64,000 bases of DNA from Antedon mediterranea (taxonomy: Eukaryota > Animalia > Echinodermata): assembly GCF_964355755.1 (NCBI RefSeq), contig NC_092680.1, positions 14,517,045 to 14,581,044 on the forward strand. The letters are read 5' to 3'. Positions 12,944-24,644 of the stretch are shown here, in pieces. The notes beneath the pieces were generated by a model. That model was not told where the DNA came from, did not search any database, and saw only the letters and a list, made by a program, of their open reading frames with translations. A program made the translations under genes and the position numbers. The stretch's first letter is position 1; the number at the start of each line of letters is the position of its first letter.

Positions 12944-13403
12944 GAACGGGTGATATTCGAGTTATTACAGAATATTCACCTTAGGCCTATAGTAAATACT
13001 ATAGAGTAAATAAAAAGTAGGCTATAATGGAAGGCGTCTTTCGAACTGTTCGAACTATATAATGTAATGCCTACTTAAAGATGAGTAAATGTGTGGTAAC
13101 TGGTTAGTTAGAACTTACATTTCCTTTCAAACAAACATTAAGTTGATGCTGTGCTTTTTTGGCCGTCGTTACTTTTTATTGTCAAGTGTCATAATAATTG
13201 ACAGTGGAAGTTTACGATTTGTGTCTAGGGCAAAAAAACTGTCGCACTTTCTGTAAAAGTTTCCCACATTAAGACCACATCCAATGATACATACTCGTAG
13301 TAAAGTCTTCGTAAGATTAGTCCTTCGTTAGGTATGAACCGCCAAACTTATATAAAAATACAATATAAAAAACTAAATCAAACATATTCCATTTTAAACC
13401 ATA

Positions 13404-13409
13404 TTTATT
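13404..13409 (-). terminator. Putative FoxQ2 polyadenylation signal
   Basis: AATAAA on the minus strand ~390 nt after the stop codon, followed by U/GU-rich sequence. Confidence 0.35.
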
Positions 13410-13800
13410 GACAATTAAGCCTAAACATGTTTACTTTAAAATTCATATTTATATTACAATTTGTAACTATATAGAAGTGAAAATACAATTTGATAATCGA
13501 AACTATATAAGAATAAAAGCAAAATTATTATAACTTATAAGTCAGGAAATGTATTAAATAAATATAAAGTATAAATGTTATACATTTCTCTATTTAAAAT
13601 AAATCAATCTTAATAAACAAACAGGTCATCAAATATACATTAACATACACATAGAAATGGTTGAACACACCAGGTATATAAGTATGGCTATTTACATAAT
13701 TTCATTAAATATAGTTATTAAATATTTATCAACAATATAATCTATATAATTGCACTAGTCTCCGACTAGATCAAACCGGAAAAGAGAATACATATTAATA

Positions 13801-14757
13801 TTAGAGTTCAATTTTGATACTAACATTGTCACATTCTTCTTCTTTGATGGCAAGTTCATGGTGTTGCGTTGTCGATTCAACAGATTTACAATTAGCATTT
13901 AACACGTTAGATGAAGGTTTTAACCTTTTAGAAGATTGTTCGTCATCTGTTTCTACATAGACATCATTTGGAGCAAGTAAGCTTTCAATATCGAACATAC
14001 GCTTTCTTCGAATCTGCTTGTCACTGTTCTTAGTGTTTTTGATGAGAGGGACATAGTTGGTGTTAGCAGAGTTTGGAACTACTCTTGAAGCATACGAAAC
14101 TGTTGTATCTAAAATGTCAAGATGTTCAGGAGAAGCGCATGGGCTCTCGTCTTCTTCATCCTCAGTTAACAAGCCCAAATGTTTTCTAACCTGCCTCTGG
14201 GCTCGACGTCGACGAAAGTCGCCTTTCGAAAAATCATAGAAGTTAGCTGGATGGATCGCCCAGAAATGACCCTTTCCGTTAGCGCTTCGGCTTATCTTGA
14301 TAAAACAGTCGTTTAGGGATAAATTATGACGAATGCTGTTCCTCCAGCCTGGTCCCCTTGAACGGAAATACGGATAGTTATCAAGAATGTATTGATAAAT
14401 ACCGCTTAGAATAAGTTTTTTTTCTGGTGAGTTCATAATTGCCATTGCAATTAGAGCAATATAACTGTGGTTCGGTTTTGGTTCTTGTTGTTGCACAAAT
14501 GCTTGTCTGGCTGCCATATACTTATTGAAGGGTAGCATATCATGGACCGGTAGTGTGCCAGAAGGTGCAATTTGTGAAAATGTAAATGGATGTCCAGCAA
14601 ATGGTTGATACATACCAATGTATGGTCTAGTCATAAAACAAAACGGGAGCTGGTTGGCAGGCGGATAAGTTGGTGTAGGCATTGGTAGTAAGGCCTTCTC
14701 GTAGACTTGGTGTGAGTAGGCCGGTGGAAATTGCACTGGTGAAGGTTTCATAGTCAT
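13801..14757 (-). CDS. FoxQ2: Forkhead box transcription factor FoxQ2 (fd102C-like, C-terminal eh1 motif), intronless, 318 aa
   Basis: The forkhead domain [16 protein letters not shown]...[63 protein letters not shown] carries the FoxQ2 signature. An eh1-like FDIESLLA motif lies C-terminal to the domain. Confidence 0.93.
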   Translation of the reverse strand: MTMKPSPVQFPPAYSHQVYEKALLPMPTPTYPPANQLPFCFMTRPYIGMYQPFAGHPFTFSQIAPSGTLPVHDMLPFNKYMAARQAFVQQQEPKPNHSYIALIAMAIMNSPEKKLILSGIYQYILDNYPYFRSRGPGWRNSIRHNLSLNDCFIKISRSANGKGHFWAIHPANFYDFSKGDFRRRRAQRQVRKHLGLLTEDEEDESPCASPEHLDILDTTVSYASRVVPNSANTNYVPLIKNTKNSDKQIRRKRMFDIESLLAPNDVYVETDDEQSSKRLKPSSNVLNANCKSVESTTQHHELAIKEEECDNVSIKIEL

Positions 14758-14774
14758 CTTGTATAGTGTGATTA

Positions 14775-14880
14775 TACTAGTAATGAAATTGCCATTCTAT
14801 TTGAGACTTATATGTAGGTTTCGAACAGGAAGAATCGCCGGGTTGTGTTTTACTGTCAAAGATCAGCCTTTCTGATTGGA
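14775..14880 (-). promoter_or_regulatory. Putative FoxQ2 core promoter (TATA-like box plus CCAAT box)
   Basis: On the minus strand, TATAAG at 14812-14807 is ~50 nt upstream of the ATG, and CCAATC is at 14879-14874. The spacing is typical, but this is motif-only evidence. Confidence 0.4.
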
Positions 14881-15611
14881 CGATCGATGCATGAGAAATC
14901 TATATCACTGATTGTTCTAAGAATACTAGACAATGCCTTACATAATACTCACTTGTGAATGGCCAAGATAGACAGGTTTCAAACTATTTAATTGACATGT
15001 ACGCACTTAAAGAGGTGTTTATACGTCATTATATACTTGTTAACTATTCTTTATATATTTATAGAGTATTTTGTTACGGTAACTACTGCATTTCCGATAT
15101 AGAGTTTGATTGATTTGGTATCAAACATACTTCCGTTGTTTTTTACTGGTCAGAATCGAAATAGCGACAAAAGTTTGGGTGAATGACGTGAATTTTCTTA
15201 TGACAGTTCAACTCCACTTTTTGTACACAACAATATTCTTTTGAGAACCATTTATTGGATAAGGATATTCAACTTTCTGAGTTAAAAAATAATAGATACT
15301 TAATGTTATACCTTGGTTTACTTTAATAGTTGTGTAATTCTTTTACTTATGTAACATATAAATAACATTTCGAAATATTATTATTATTTTATTTTAAATA
15401 AAAGATATTAATATGCATAATATAATAGGACCTAGGCCTACTGTAAAGATGAAACACTGTTATTATTCTTTAATATTTAACAAGAAAACGATAAAAGAAT
15501 TAATAGCTTTATTGATGTATATTTGTATATATATATATAAATCAAAAGGCAAATAACTGAAAAAATGACAATGCTGTGGGTATCAGTGGCTGGATCTCAA
15601 TGGATTAATTA

Positions 15612-15650
15612 ACAGAGCTTTCGGGCAACACTAGCCCTTCATCAGTGCAA
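15612..15650 (-). ncRNA. Minimal type I hammerhead ribozyme (Penelope-like element terminal repeat remnant)
   Basis: The minus strand reads UUGCA-CUGAUGA-A-GGGC(UAGUGUU)GCCC-GAAA-GCUC-UGU, with both core boxes, stem II and a palindromic AGCU stem III. The adjacent ~40 bp (15562-15604) recur at 46553-46595. Confidence 0.6.
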
Positions 15651-16749
15651 GTATATATATTTGATATGATTTTTATACATTTAAAATTTAAATTAAAATA
15701 TGTCTATAAATGTCAGTTACAAATAAATTTGAAATAAATTAAATATAACCAATAGGTCTTATTATAAGACAATGAATATAAAATAATTTTAGAGTTATAT
15801 ATATAAATAAAAAAATATATGAAAAATAAGTTTGTATAGAAGACACTAATCATGTATTCGTTTGCCTTTTTCAAATACAAAACTACATTCATTTTAAATA
15901 CAATAAATATATATATCCATTTTCTAGATTTGCATTTAAAACAATTACACAATTCTAAATAACTTTCACAATACACTGTTCGTTGTTCCCTCAAGAGAAT
16001 TCTTCACTTGCTTGCAGAGTTTTTTTCCTTTAATTAGTTGGTGCTTAAGCCCTAATTAATCCTTATTATACCTGGTTGCTTAGTAACCTATACACTGATT
16101 TGTTACACTAGTAGAAATTATGTTTTTATGTTGGAAGTAATTGTTGCTAATTAAAAGAAATATCACACATTTGGAATAAAGACAAAAGAAAACATATGTT
16201 GTTGTGCTTAATTAGGACCCAACTAACTACAATTTCAAAAAGCCATAGGCCAACGAAGTTGTTATTATATAACCAAAATCCATTATTTTGTAATATATGC
16301 ATTAAATAAACTAATTACTTTTCTGACTGGTCATAATTATTTTCTTTTTTTTTTTGCATATTGTATAATCAAATGTATACGTCATTTAATATATTTTTGT
16401 AATCGGTACTTATCGGTGAGTTTTATACCATTTTAACTGCTGTTTCTAGTGATGTTCAATCAAGAACCACCCTTCCATTCAATCAGATATTCAACGGGAA
16501 GTTTTTGATTTAAAACATTTTTATTTAATTTTGTTTGTAACAATAACAAATAAAGTACTGGGCATTCCGATAATAATGCCAACCATGCCAAAAAACCCAA
16601 GCCGAAGTAAGGGACCAGGGATCGGTCTAATTGAACTCCGGTCAGCACCAGATGTGTCTTTCTCAGGACTCAGGCGACTCCTGTCCTACTTAAGCTAGAT
16701 CTAAAATATAGTTGGCATGGTAAAGAAGAAAAAGGGGGATTTATTAAAC

Positions 16750-16876
16750 AAGTACTAACCCATGTTTCAAGAAGCTTCTTAAAAAGAGCCACATCTTTAA
16801 TGCAGTTTGGAAGATAATTCCAAAGCATAGGAGCTGCATAAGACAATTCACGGTGACCATATGAGATGGTCTTCAC
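16750..16876 (-). mobile_element. LINE (L2-like) ORF2 3' fragment
   Basis: KTISYGHRELSYAAPMLWNYLPNCIK matches the LINE C-terminal motif YG.R.FS..AP.LWN.LP. Confidence 0.6.
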
Positions 16877-17540
16877 TTAAAAAACTAATAAAACCAGAAA
16901 AATAATATGACACTGACATAACACAATTCAAATGATATTTTAAATAATAAATTAAAATCATTTTGAAATCAGGACTAAATTTATACCGATAAATATATAT
17001 ATTTTAATTTTACTGCATATTATCATTTTGAAGTAATCCTTTTTGCGCGCGTCCTAAAAATATGTAAACTTCAGTTATATTCAACTTTAACCATGCTGAG
17101 GCCCAGTGATGGTAATGATTGGTAATGAATATAATTATTTGTTTTTTGTTGTTAAATATTGTCCCCTTAATAGAGGTTGAATCAGCCATTTTTATCTCTC
17201 ATAGGTATCCCTGTCTCCTTATAGGTTGTCCCCTGATTAAGGTTTGGCCGTAGTGTTAAAACATAATATTAGGCCTATCCATCGTTTCGCGAGAAAGTTT
17301 CCCCTTAAGAAGTGTCCCCTAAAAATGGGTGTACCAAAGGAGGAGTTCTAGTCCTCCTGTAGTTTTAAATTGGAGGTTGGTTTATTTGTTGTTTACTGTA
17401 AACTTTTTCATTAGTGTGTTTTGACACAAATTTAGCTTTTGTACTCTTATCGATAGCTATATACAATTTAAATATGCCTAGGTCAATAGTTAAAAGGTCA
17501 AAAAAGAAGGTTTTTGGTATTAATTTTGGGACAACTTTAA

Positions 17541-18108
17541 AGCTCAGGTACAGGCATGAATTTTAAATATATGGTTAATTAATTGTACATAAATAAAATA
17601 TTTGTAACAGAAATCAAGACAAAAAAACATTAATTTTCCTTAATATGGTCAAATACAAAATTTGGCACTGCCATAAAAACCAGGAAGTCTTTTTTTCACT
17701 AGTTAGGTAGTTTGACCTAATGTAATAACATGTCTGGTGACTCCCTAGAAGGTGAAAAAAGATGGTGGATATACGGTGGATAATTTTTGCAATAGCCTGA
17801 AAATAAAAATCTGAAGTTGAATAAAAATACCAGAAATGTAAAATTCAAGTTATATTACCTATATTTAGTCATCTGATAACATTTTTTACTACACCATTTA
17901 TTTTTCATAACTTTTTAAAATGCCTCTTTATTTACCAAATTTGTGTTGGCCTACAGATTTTACTGTGTAATTGATAAGAAAGTGCTTATTTTCAACAAGC
18001 TTGTGTAACACAAATAAAATCCCAAACATTATGAAACATAGGGGAAACTATAGATCAATAATTATTGGATAGTATGATCAATAGAAATCTTTTGCCCGTA
18101 CCTGGCCT
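17541..18108. mobile_element. Kolobok-like non-autonomous DNA transposon
   Basis: TTAA|AGCTCAGGTACAGGCA ... TGCCCGTACCTGGCCT|TTAA: a TTAA TSD with AG..CT termini. Confidence 0.7.
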
Positions 18109-18391
18109 TTAAAGTCTCTACGGCCAGTCGTTAATGAGATATTGCGATAATTCAAATTTACGGTAAAAACAGGCATTTCTGGTAATTTTTCGTTTAACTT
18201 TCCCATTAAAATGAATATAAATATGAGTCTTCTATGTATTTTGACAACAAATTATTTACTTACACCTACTGGTTGTCAACATAATTATGGTAAATATTGT
18301 TAAAAAGGCAGCCATTTTGAAAAATGGCCCAATCCGGTTGAAGTAGACCGGGAAAACGCGAGGAATTTTAGCATGTTTTTACAGACGACAT

Positions 18392-18532
18392 TAGGGATCT
18401 ATCCTGGCTAGCCTAGCCTAGCCTAGCCTAGCCTAGCCTAGGGATCTATCCTGGCTAGCCTAGCCTAGCCTAGCCTAGGGATCTATCCTGGCTAGCCTAG
18501 CCTAGCCTAGCCTAGGGATCTATCCTGGCTAT
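18392..18532. repeat. Compound minisatellite TAGGGATCTATCCTGG(CTAGC)n, 4 copies
   Basis: Directly visible; the number of pentamers varies between units. Confidence 0.9.
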
Positions 18533-20229
18533 CAGCTTTAGCATCTTTATTTCTGCCTAAAACTCCTAGACCATTAGTGAACACAGCGTTTCTTTTTTAA
18601 ATTAATTATGAATATATTACAAAACGCCAATACGCATGAAGGAAAACATTTTTAAATATTCATTATTGATGAATCTATTCTTCAAGATTATTTATAAGAA
18701 ACCATTTTGTTTTTCTAGTATAACTTCGAAGTCGAATTTGTCAGATTACAGTCTAATTACTGCTGAACTTACTGTAGGACTTCATATAAATACATCTCAA
18801 TATCCACATGATAGAAATCATTACACGAGTCTCGCAAACGATTTGATTGACACAAACATACAAGGCTACAAACTATTCGTAACAATAGCATATAAAAATC
18901 AAGACTATCGTGGAATCAGCTACATTGTCTTTAGCACTTGACTTAGCAGCATGTTAATAGTAACACATGGTTCTCACTACATACTCCCCAGTTAACGTTT
19001 TCCATTATTATCTTGTAATTTCGTTATTATTATCATACACTGTCAGTATGATAAACACTAGTACATATTATGAAAACAATTTGCTATACCTATCGCGAGA
19101 TTGACAATTGTATCCAAGTGGTATTTGAGCAATATTAAAGTACTATTGTGGCCCCATGGTCATATACAAATCATGCACAGTGTTTGGACCACCAGGATAT
19201 CAACATCGTGTGAATAATAGGCCTTTACTACAGTAACATACATCTGTTAAGTAAAAGTTATTTGAAAAAGTATAACGTAAAACAAATACAGTAACACAAT
19301 ATAAAAGGTTAGTTAGTATCAAAAGTGTATTGATTGTCTGTTTAATTGTTTCCCCTTATTTTATCATATATCACATATTATAGTAAAGGTTTTTGTTATT
19401 TCAATTATCAGTCAAATTCCCCATAATTCTTTATTTAATATAGTATAAGGCTGACATGTTTTTAAATTTTCCGTTTCTTGTCCAAGATGTCTGTGTGACA
19501 GTTGTTCGCCTCTGAAAGATTTGAACGTAGAACTTAAGGATCAGATTGACTAGGCCTATTCTAAGTACTATTTGCTTGATTTTTGTTAAGCTAAAAAGTT
19601 AATGAAAACTTTTATATAAAAATGTATTTATCGGAATTTTTATTTAACACAGACAGACGATTTTGAGTCGATCTTGGATATTTAATTTGTTTAAAAAAGG
19701 TCGACGCGTTTCCCTTTCTTTCGCATTTGTAGTAATTATCGCTGCTACTGTTAGATCAGTACTTATTTCTTATGTCATTCTTCGAAGTAGTTCTTAGCTT
19801 GTCATTCGTCATTCTTGTTGTCAAAAACTAAAAAATACCAACAAAACAATACAAAAAAACTGAATTGAGGTAATTTAACGGCTCTCGGGTCCATTTTTGT
19901 TTCAAAAGTTGATGAATTAAGTATAACGAATGCTCAGATAAGTGTTTGCATAATTTATCATTTTCTGTCCTTGAGTTGGGGAATTTATACTAACGATGCC
20001 TTCAATGTACGATGGGAATGGCTCACGAATGTGTTAAAAAAGATTATAGGCCTTAGGCCTATATTTGTAAAAAAAAAGAAGAAATACGAAAGGAAAAAAA
20101 AGAAATTTAAAAAAGGAGTAAAACAGTCGCAGACTACAGTATATATTTCGTATTACGCAATAAATTACATTAACTTGAAAAAGTATAAAAAGAGGTCTAT
20201 TCATTGTTAATAATTTATGTGAAGTATTT

Positions 20230-23200
20230 TAAGCTTAAATAAGAACAAAACTGTGTCATGTGGATTGGTAAAACCATTTAAATTGGGTCACTGATCCAAT
20301 AAAAATCTTACGAATATACTTGGATATGATACTTAATTATGAAAAGAATTAAACTGGGCTAAAAAAATAACAAACCTTGAAAAGTTATTAAACACTTGGA
20401 AAGCAAGGAATCTTACACTTTTTGGAAAAGTCACAGCTTAAAAAAAGTTTAGATTTAGTCCCATTAATATACAATGCATGTATAATTTATGTGCCTGAAA
20501 GTGTTGTCTAAAAGATAACACGGCTGTCTTATGAATTTCTTTGGAATTAATAAAAAAAATGAAAAAATAAAAATAAAAACATTAATTGGTATAATATAGC
20601 TGAGGGGGGCATTAATATGCCTGATTTTTATACTCAAGTTAAAACACTTAAAATCACACGGGTAAAGAGAATTCTTGTAGAAAGCATGTAAAATGGAAAG
20701 TACTTTGAATAAGTCAAACCTGAATATAAGAAAGGGCAGTTTTTGTTTACTAAGATGCTTTTATTTTATTCAAATGTAATAACAAGTTGTGCAGAATTTA
20801 ATACAAATATAAACATTAAGGTAAAATCTCATAATGATGTTATACAAGAAAACCCATGGTTAAACTGTCTGTAAAACCAGTACTACGTTTTATAAAACGT
20901 GGAGTAATGAAGGTTTCAATCAGATCAATGATTTGGTAAAAATCAAAAGACTAATGAATCCAGAACCAGTATGCAAGCTATTCCTAAATGTTGGCTGGAT
21001 TTAATAAAAAATTATAACGTAAATTATATACAGATGATAATAACAGAAATAAGATATTTAGGATGAAAACAAAACAGATATATTCAAGTTTTATAGAAGG
21101 TGTTTGTTGCTCCTATTACCATTCCCAAATGGGAAAAAGAAATTGGTATTGAAATTGTTTGATATTTGGTCAAGAAAAGTAAAAAATGAGAAAAACAAAA
21201 AGTAGGCACAACTTAATCACAAATTGCTTCTTAGAATTCTTAGAATAAAATTTACAATTAATGGAATATTAAAAACACAAAATAATATAAGTTATGTGAT
21301 GTGACTGAGGATGAAAAACATATGTTTTTCAAATGTAAAAGCAATTTCATTTCATTTCATTTCATAGTAACATTTATTTCCTTTATAATATACAAAATAA
21401 ATAATATAATACAAAATTCATGACGAGAAGAAAGATAGTTAAAACAATATAATTTTTTTCTCATCTTTAAAATGAATAAAACAATATTATGAAGGAGGCA
21501 CAATTTCTAAAAAAGCAAAAGCTTGTGTTGAAAGTGCCTGAACAAAAACAAAAAGTAACTAAAATCAAATTAGTAAATAATAGTAAATGGTATATAGGAA
21601 TAAAGTAATTACCATAACGGAATATGAAAACAATAAAAACTGATACCTAGAATATAACTAGTTAATTAATTTATTTTTGTATTAAATATTGTTTAGTGTT
21701 AAAGACGAAGCTATGTTTGTTTGCAGAAGTTGTAATTTTGTTAGGAAGTGAGTTCCATATCTTGGGTCCAGTAAATCTAATATTATGTTGAAAAGAAGTC
21801 TTTTTGTGTTTAGAAATATGAAGGTTATTGAGGATTCTTGTGGAATAGCCGTGAAATTCATAATTGGGAGAAAACATATCGCGTAAATGAGATGGAAGAA
21901 GAGCATTTTGGCTTTTGTAAATAAATAAACATTGTTGGAAAATATTAATATCTGTTAATTTTAATAATTTGAGAGAACGAAATAAAGGATCTGTACTAGT
22001 TCTAGGTGAAACATTCAAATTATTCGTATGATTTTCTTTTGTAGTATTTGAAGTTTGTTTAAATTAGATGAGAATGTGTTACACCAAACGATATTGCAAT
22101 ATAAAAGATATGGCAAAACAAGGGAGCAGTAGAGTGTTCGGAGGATATGATGTGGAAGAAAAGATGCCAGTCTACAAATTATACCAATATTTTTTGACAT
22201 TTTGTTTTCTGTCTCAATAATATGGGGTTTCCATGTCAGACGACTATCAATGGATACACCCAAACATTTAGCATGATTGACCATGGGAAGAACAAAACCA
22301 TTTGGTTTAATTTGCAATGGACCTAATTTAATCGGCATCGTACTACTTCTAAACAAAACATAGCTGCACTTTTTAGATTTACAGAAAGGCTGTTTTCCAG
22401 AAACCATTCGGATACATTAATTAAACTTGTATTTACAGTGTTAAATAACGACTCTAAGTGTCGATTTTTACAGATTAGTGTTAATGTCATCTGCATATAA
22501 AAAGTAAGATAAAGATACTGACGAATTGTAAATATCATTCACATATAAAAGAAACAGAAGAGGACCTAGTAATGAACCTTGTGGTACTCCACAGGTAATA
22601 GGCAAATAGTCAGATTGGGAATCACAAAACTTGGTACATTGGTAGCAGTTGGATAAATAGCTCTTAAATTAATAAATTGAGAGGAACAGCGCGAATACCA
22701 TAGTAATACAGTTTTGAAAGAAAAATGGGATGGTTAATGGTATCGAATGCTTTCGATAGATCGACAAAAACACCAATTGCAAACTCATCATTTTCAAATG
22801 CATCTATTATTTCATTGGACAAATCAATTAAGGTCATTGCGGTATCAAAATGTTTGAGAAATCCAAATTGCTTATTGAATAGAATATTATTTTTTTCCAT
22901 AAAGGCATAGGTTCTATTATAGATAATTCTTTCTAATATTTTAGAAAATAGCGAAAGGACTGAGATCGGTCGGTAATTAGATAAAGTGTCCTTTTTTCCT
23001 GCTTTAAAGATGGGAGTAACTCTTGGCAATTTCAATTTATCTGGAAAAACTCCTTTTGTTAAAGATAGATTAAATATGTGACATAGAGGTTTAACCAAAA
23101 AGGAAATTGATTGTTTAATAACTTTTGGACTGAATTCATCAAGTCCTTGAGCTTTATTAGTTTTAAAACACTTGACAATATCTATAATTTCAGTATCAGA

Positions 23201-23650
23201 CACTGGACACATAAATAAGGAGTTTAAAGTAGGTTGGGGCAAATACGTTTTAAAATCAGATTGATCGGTTGGCAATTTGTTTGAAAGAGTTGGTCCAATT
23301 TCGCAAATTTCGTATTTAGCATATGTCTTATTATGGAAAAAAAATCAATGAAATATATAAAAAGTTGGATAATAGTAAATTTTTTCTTTTGGTGTGAATG
23401 CAACATAAAGAATAAGTTATACTCAATTGCTCTATATACTATATAATAAAAATATTGTCAGAATTAAATAGGTCAATCTGTAAAAACTCATGGATCACGT
23501 TAAAAAATATACTTACACAAGAACATTCCATGAATGTATTTTATTAATTTTTTTTTTTTAAAGTTACTGTAATTAATTTGTAAAAAAATGTAAATAGTGC
23601 AAAAAAAACAGAAAAAAGGAGGAAAACACTAAAAATAAGGGTAAACAGAA
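20230..23650 (+). mobile_element. Decayed Tx1/L1-clade LINE 3' part, split by an L2-like insertion at ~21346-23302
   Basis: Frameshifted peptides NWAKKITNLEKLLNTWKARNLTLFGKV and EGGINMPDFYTQVKTLKITRVKRIL, plus the zinc-knuckle remnant LCDVTEDEKHMFFKC. The sequence appears to resume after 23303; boundaries are approximate. Confidence 0.65.
21346..23302 (-). mobile_element. 5'-truncated L2/Crack-like LINE (reverse transcriptase pseudogene)
   Basis: The ORFs at 22664-23275, 22015-22407 and 21671-22018 contain NYRPISVL, QFGF and FVDLSKAFDTINH. GVPQGSLLGPLLFL and YADD (near 22490) lie between them. There are frameshifts and an (AAATG)n 3' tail. Confidence 0.9.
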
Positions 23651-24644
23651 ATCACTGATAATGCTATACTATTCAACTATTTATTGAGTTGCTTTTGATT
23701 CTCTATATTTATAGATATTGATTCAGTTTATATGTAATGTAAATGTATGTTTAAATAATCTCTTGATTTGTAAGATGTAAGGGGAAACTTAATAGTTATA
23801 AACGAAAATATTTATATATTTAAAAAGATAATACACAAACATAGGCCTAATCAAATTGTTTATTTATCAAATAATTATGTTTTGAAATGAAATTAAGGTG
23901 AGTGAACCTCACAAAAGAAAGAAAAAATTTAAAATCTGTGCGTGAAGAATAATACGTATCTGTAAATTAAAAGTTGCGAATGAATTGCCTATTTTCAGCT
24001 GAAAAATAAATGGTCCCTTTCGGTCCATGGATGTAACATAAAAGTAGGCCTACTTATTAGGTGTCATATTTTCAAAATCGTCTCAAACTCACCCCCACTA
24101 TGGTGTCGTATTTCGGAATACAAATATTACTATATTCGGCATTTTTTAAACTTTTACTATAACAAATATTATAAAACGAACAATTAAATATTAAAAATGA
24201 TGTTAACATGTAGGCATACTTGGTAACATTTTATTTCAAACAATCTAACACATGTATTGCAGTCCGTACAGTACCGTTCTGTACTGTACAGAGAGAGAGA
24301 ATATTTTGAACAACGCCACCAATTTCAAACTGTTCTTAGGAAAACTACTCCACAGGTGTGTAGGCAAGAACAGGTTGTCAATTTGCTTCAAAATTTGTGT
24401 TTGAGGTAAGATTAGATCTAGTTTACTATTTATTATAATAAATTGTTATTAGATTTTTATAAAGGATCTTTGGCGCCTCATTTTTTTCCTGGGGAATGTA
24501 TGTTTGTATTGCGATATCATCAAACAGTGTGTAAGCTTAGTTAGGCCCGTAACTCTGAGTTAGGTACTCAATCAACATCATGCTCTGCATGCTGGACTGT
24601 GTTACAAATCATTTACGTCCGTAACTTTAGCCGCACATGCGTCC

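Noticed and set aside
13755-13769. Short palindrome CTAGTCTCCGACTAG in the FoxQ2 3' UTR as an Academ footprint
   Set aside because: No flanking TSD, and too short to exceed chance.
18636-18941. 101-aa ORF with a possible acceptor near 18718
   Set aside because: No recognisable domain, no partner exons and no convincing donor.
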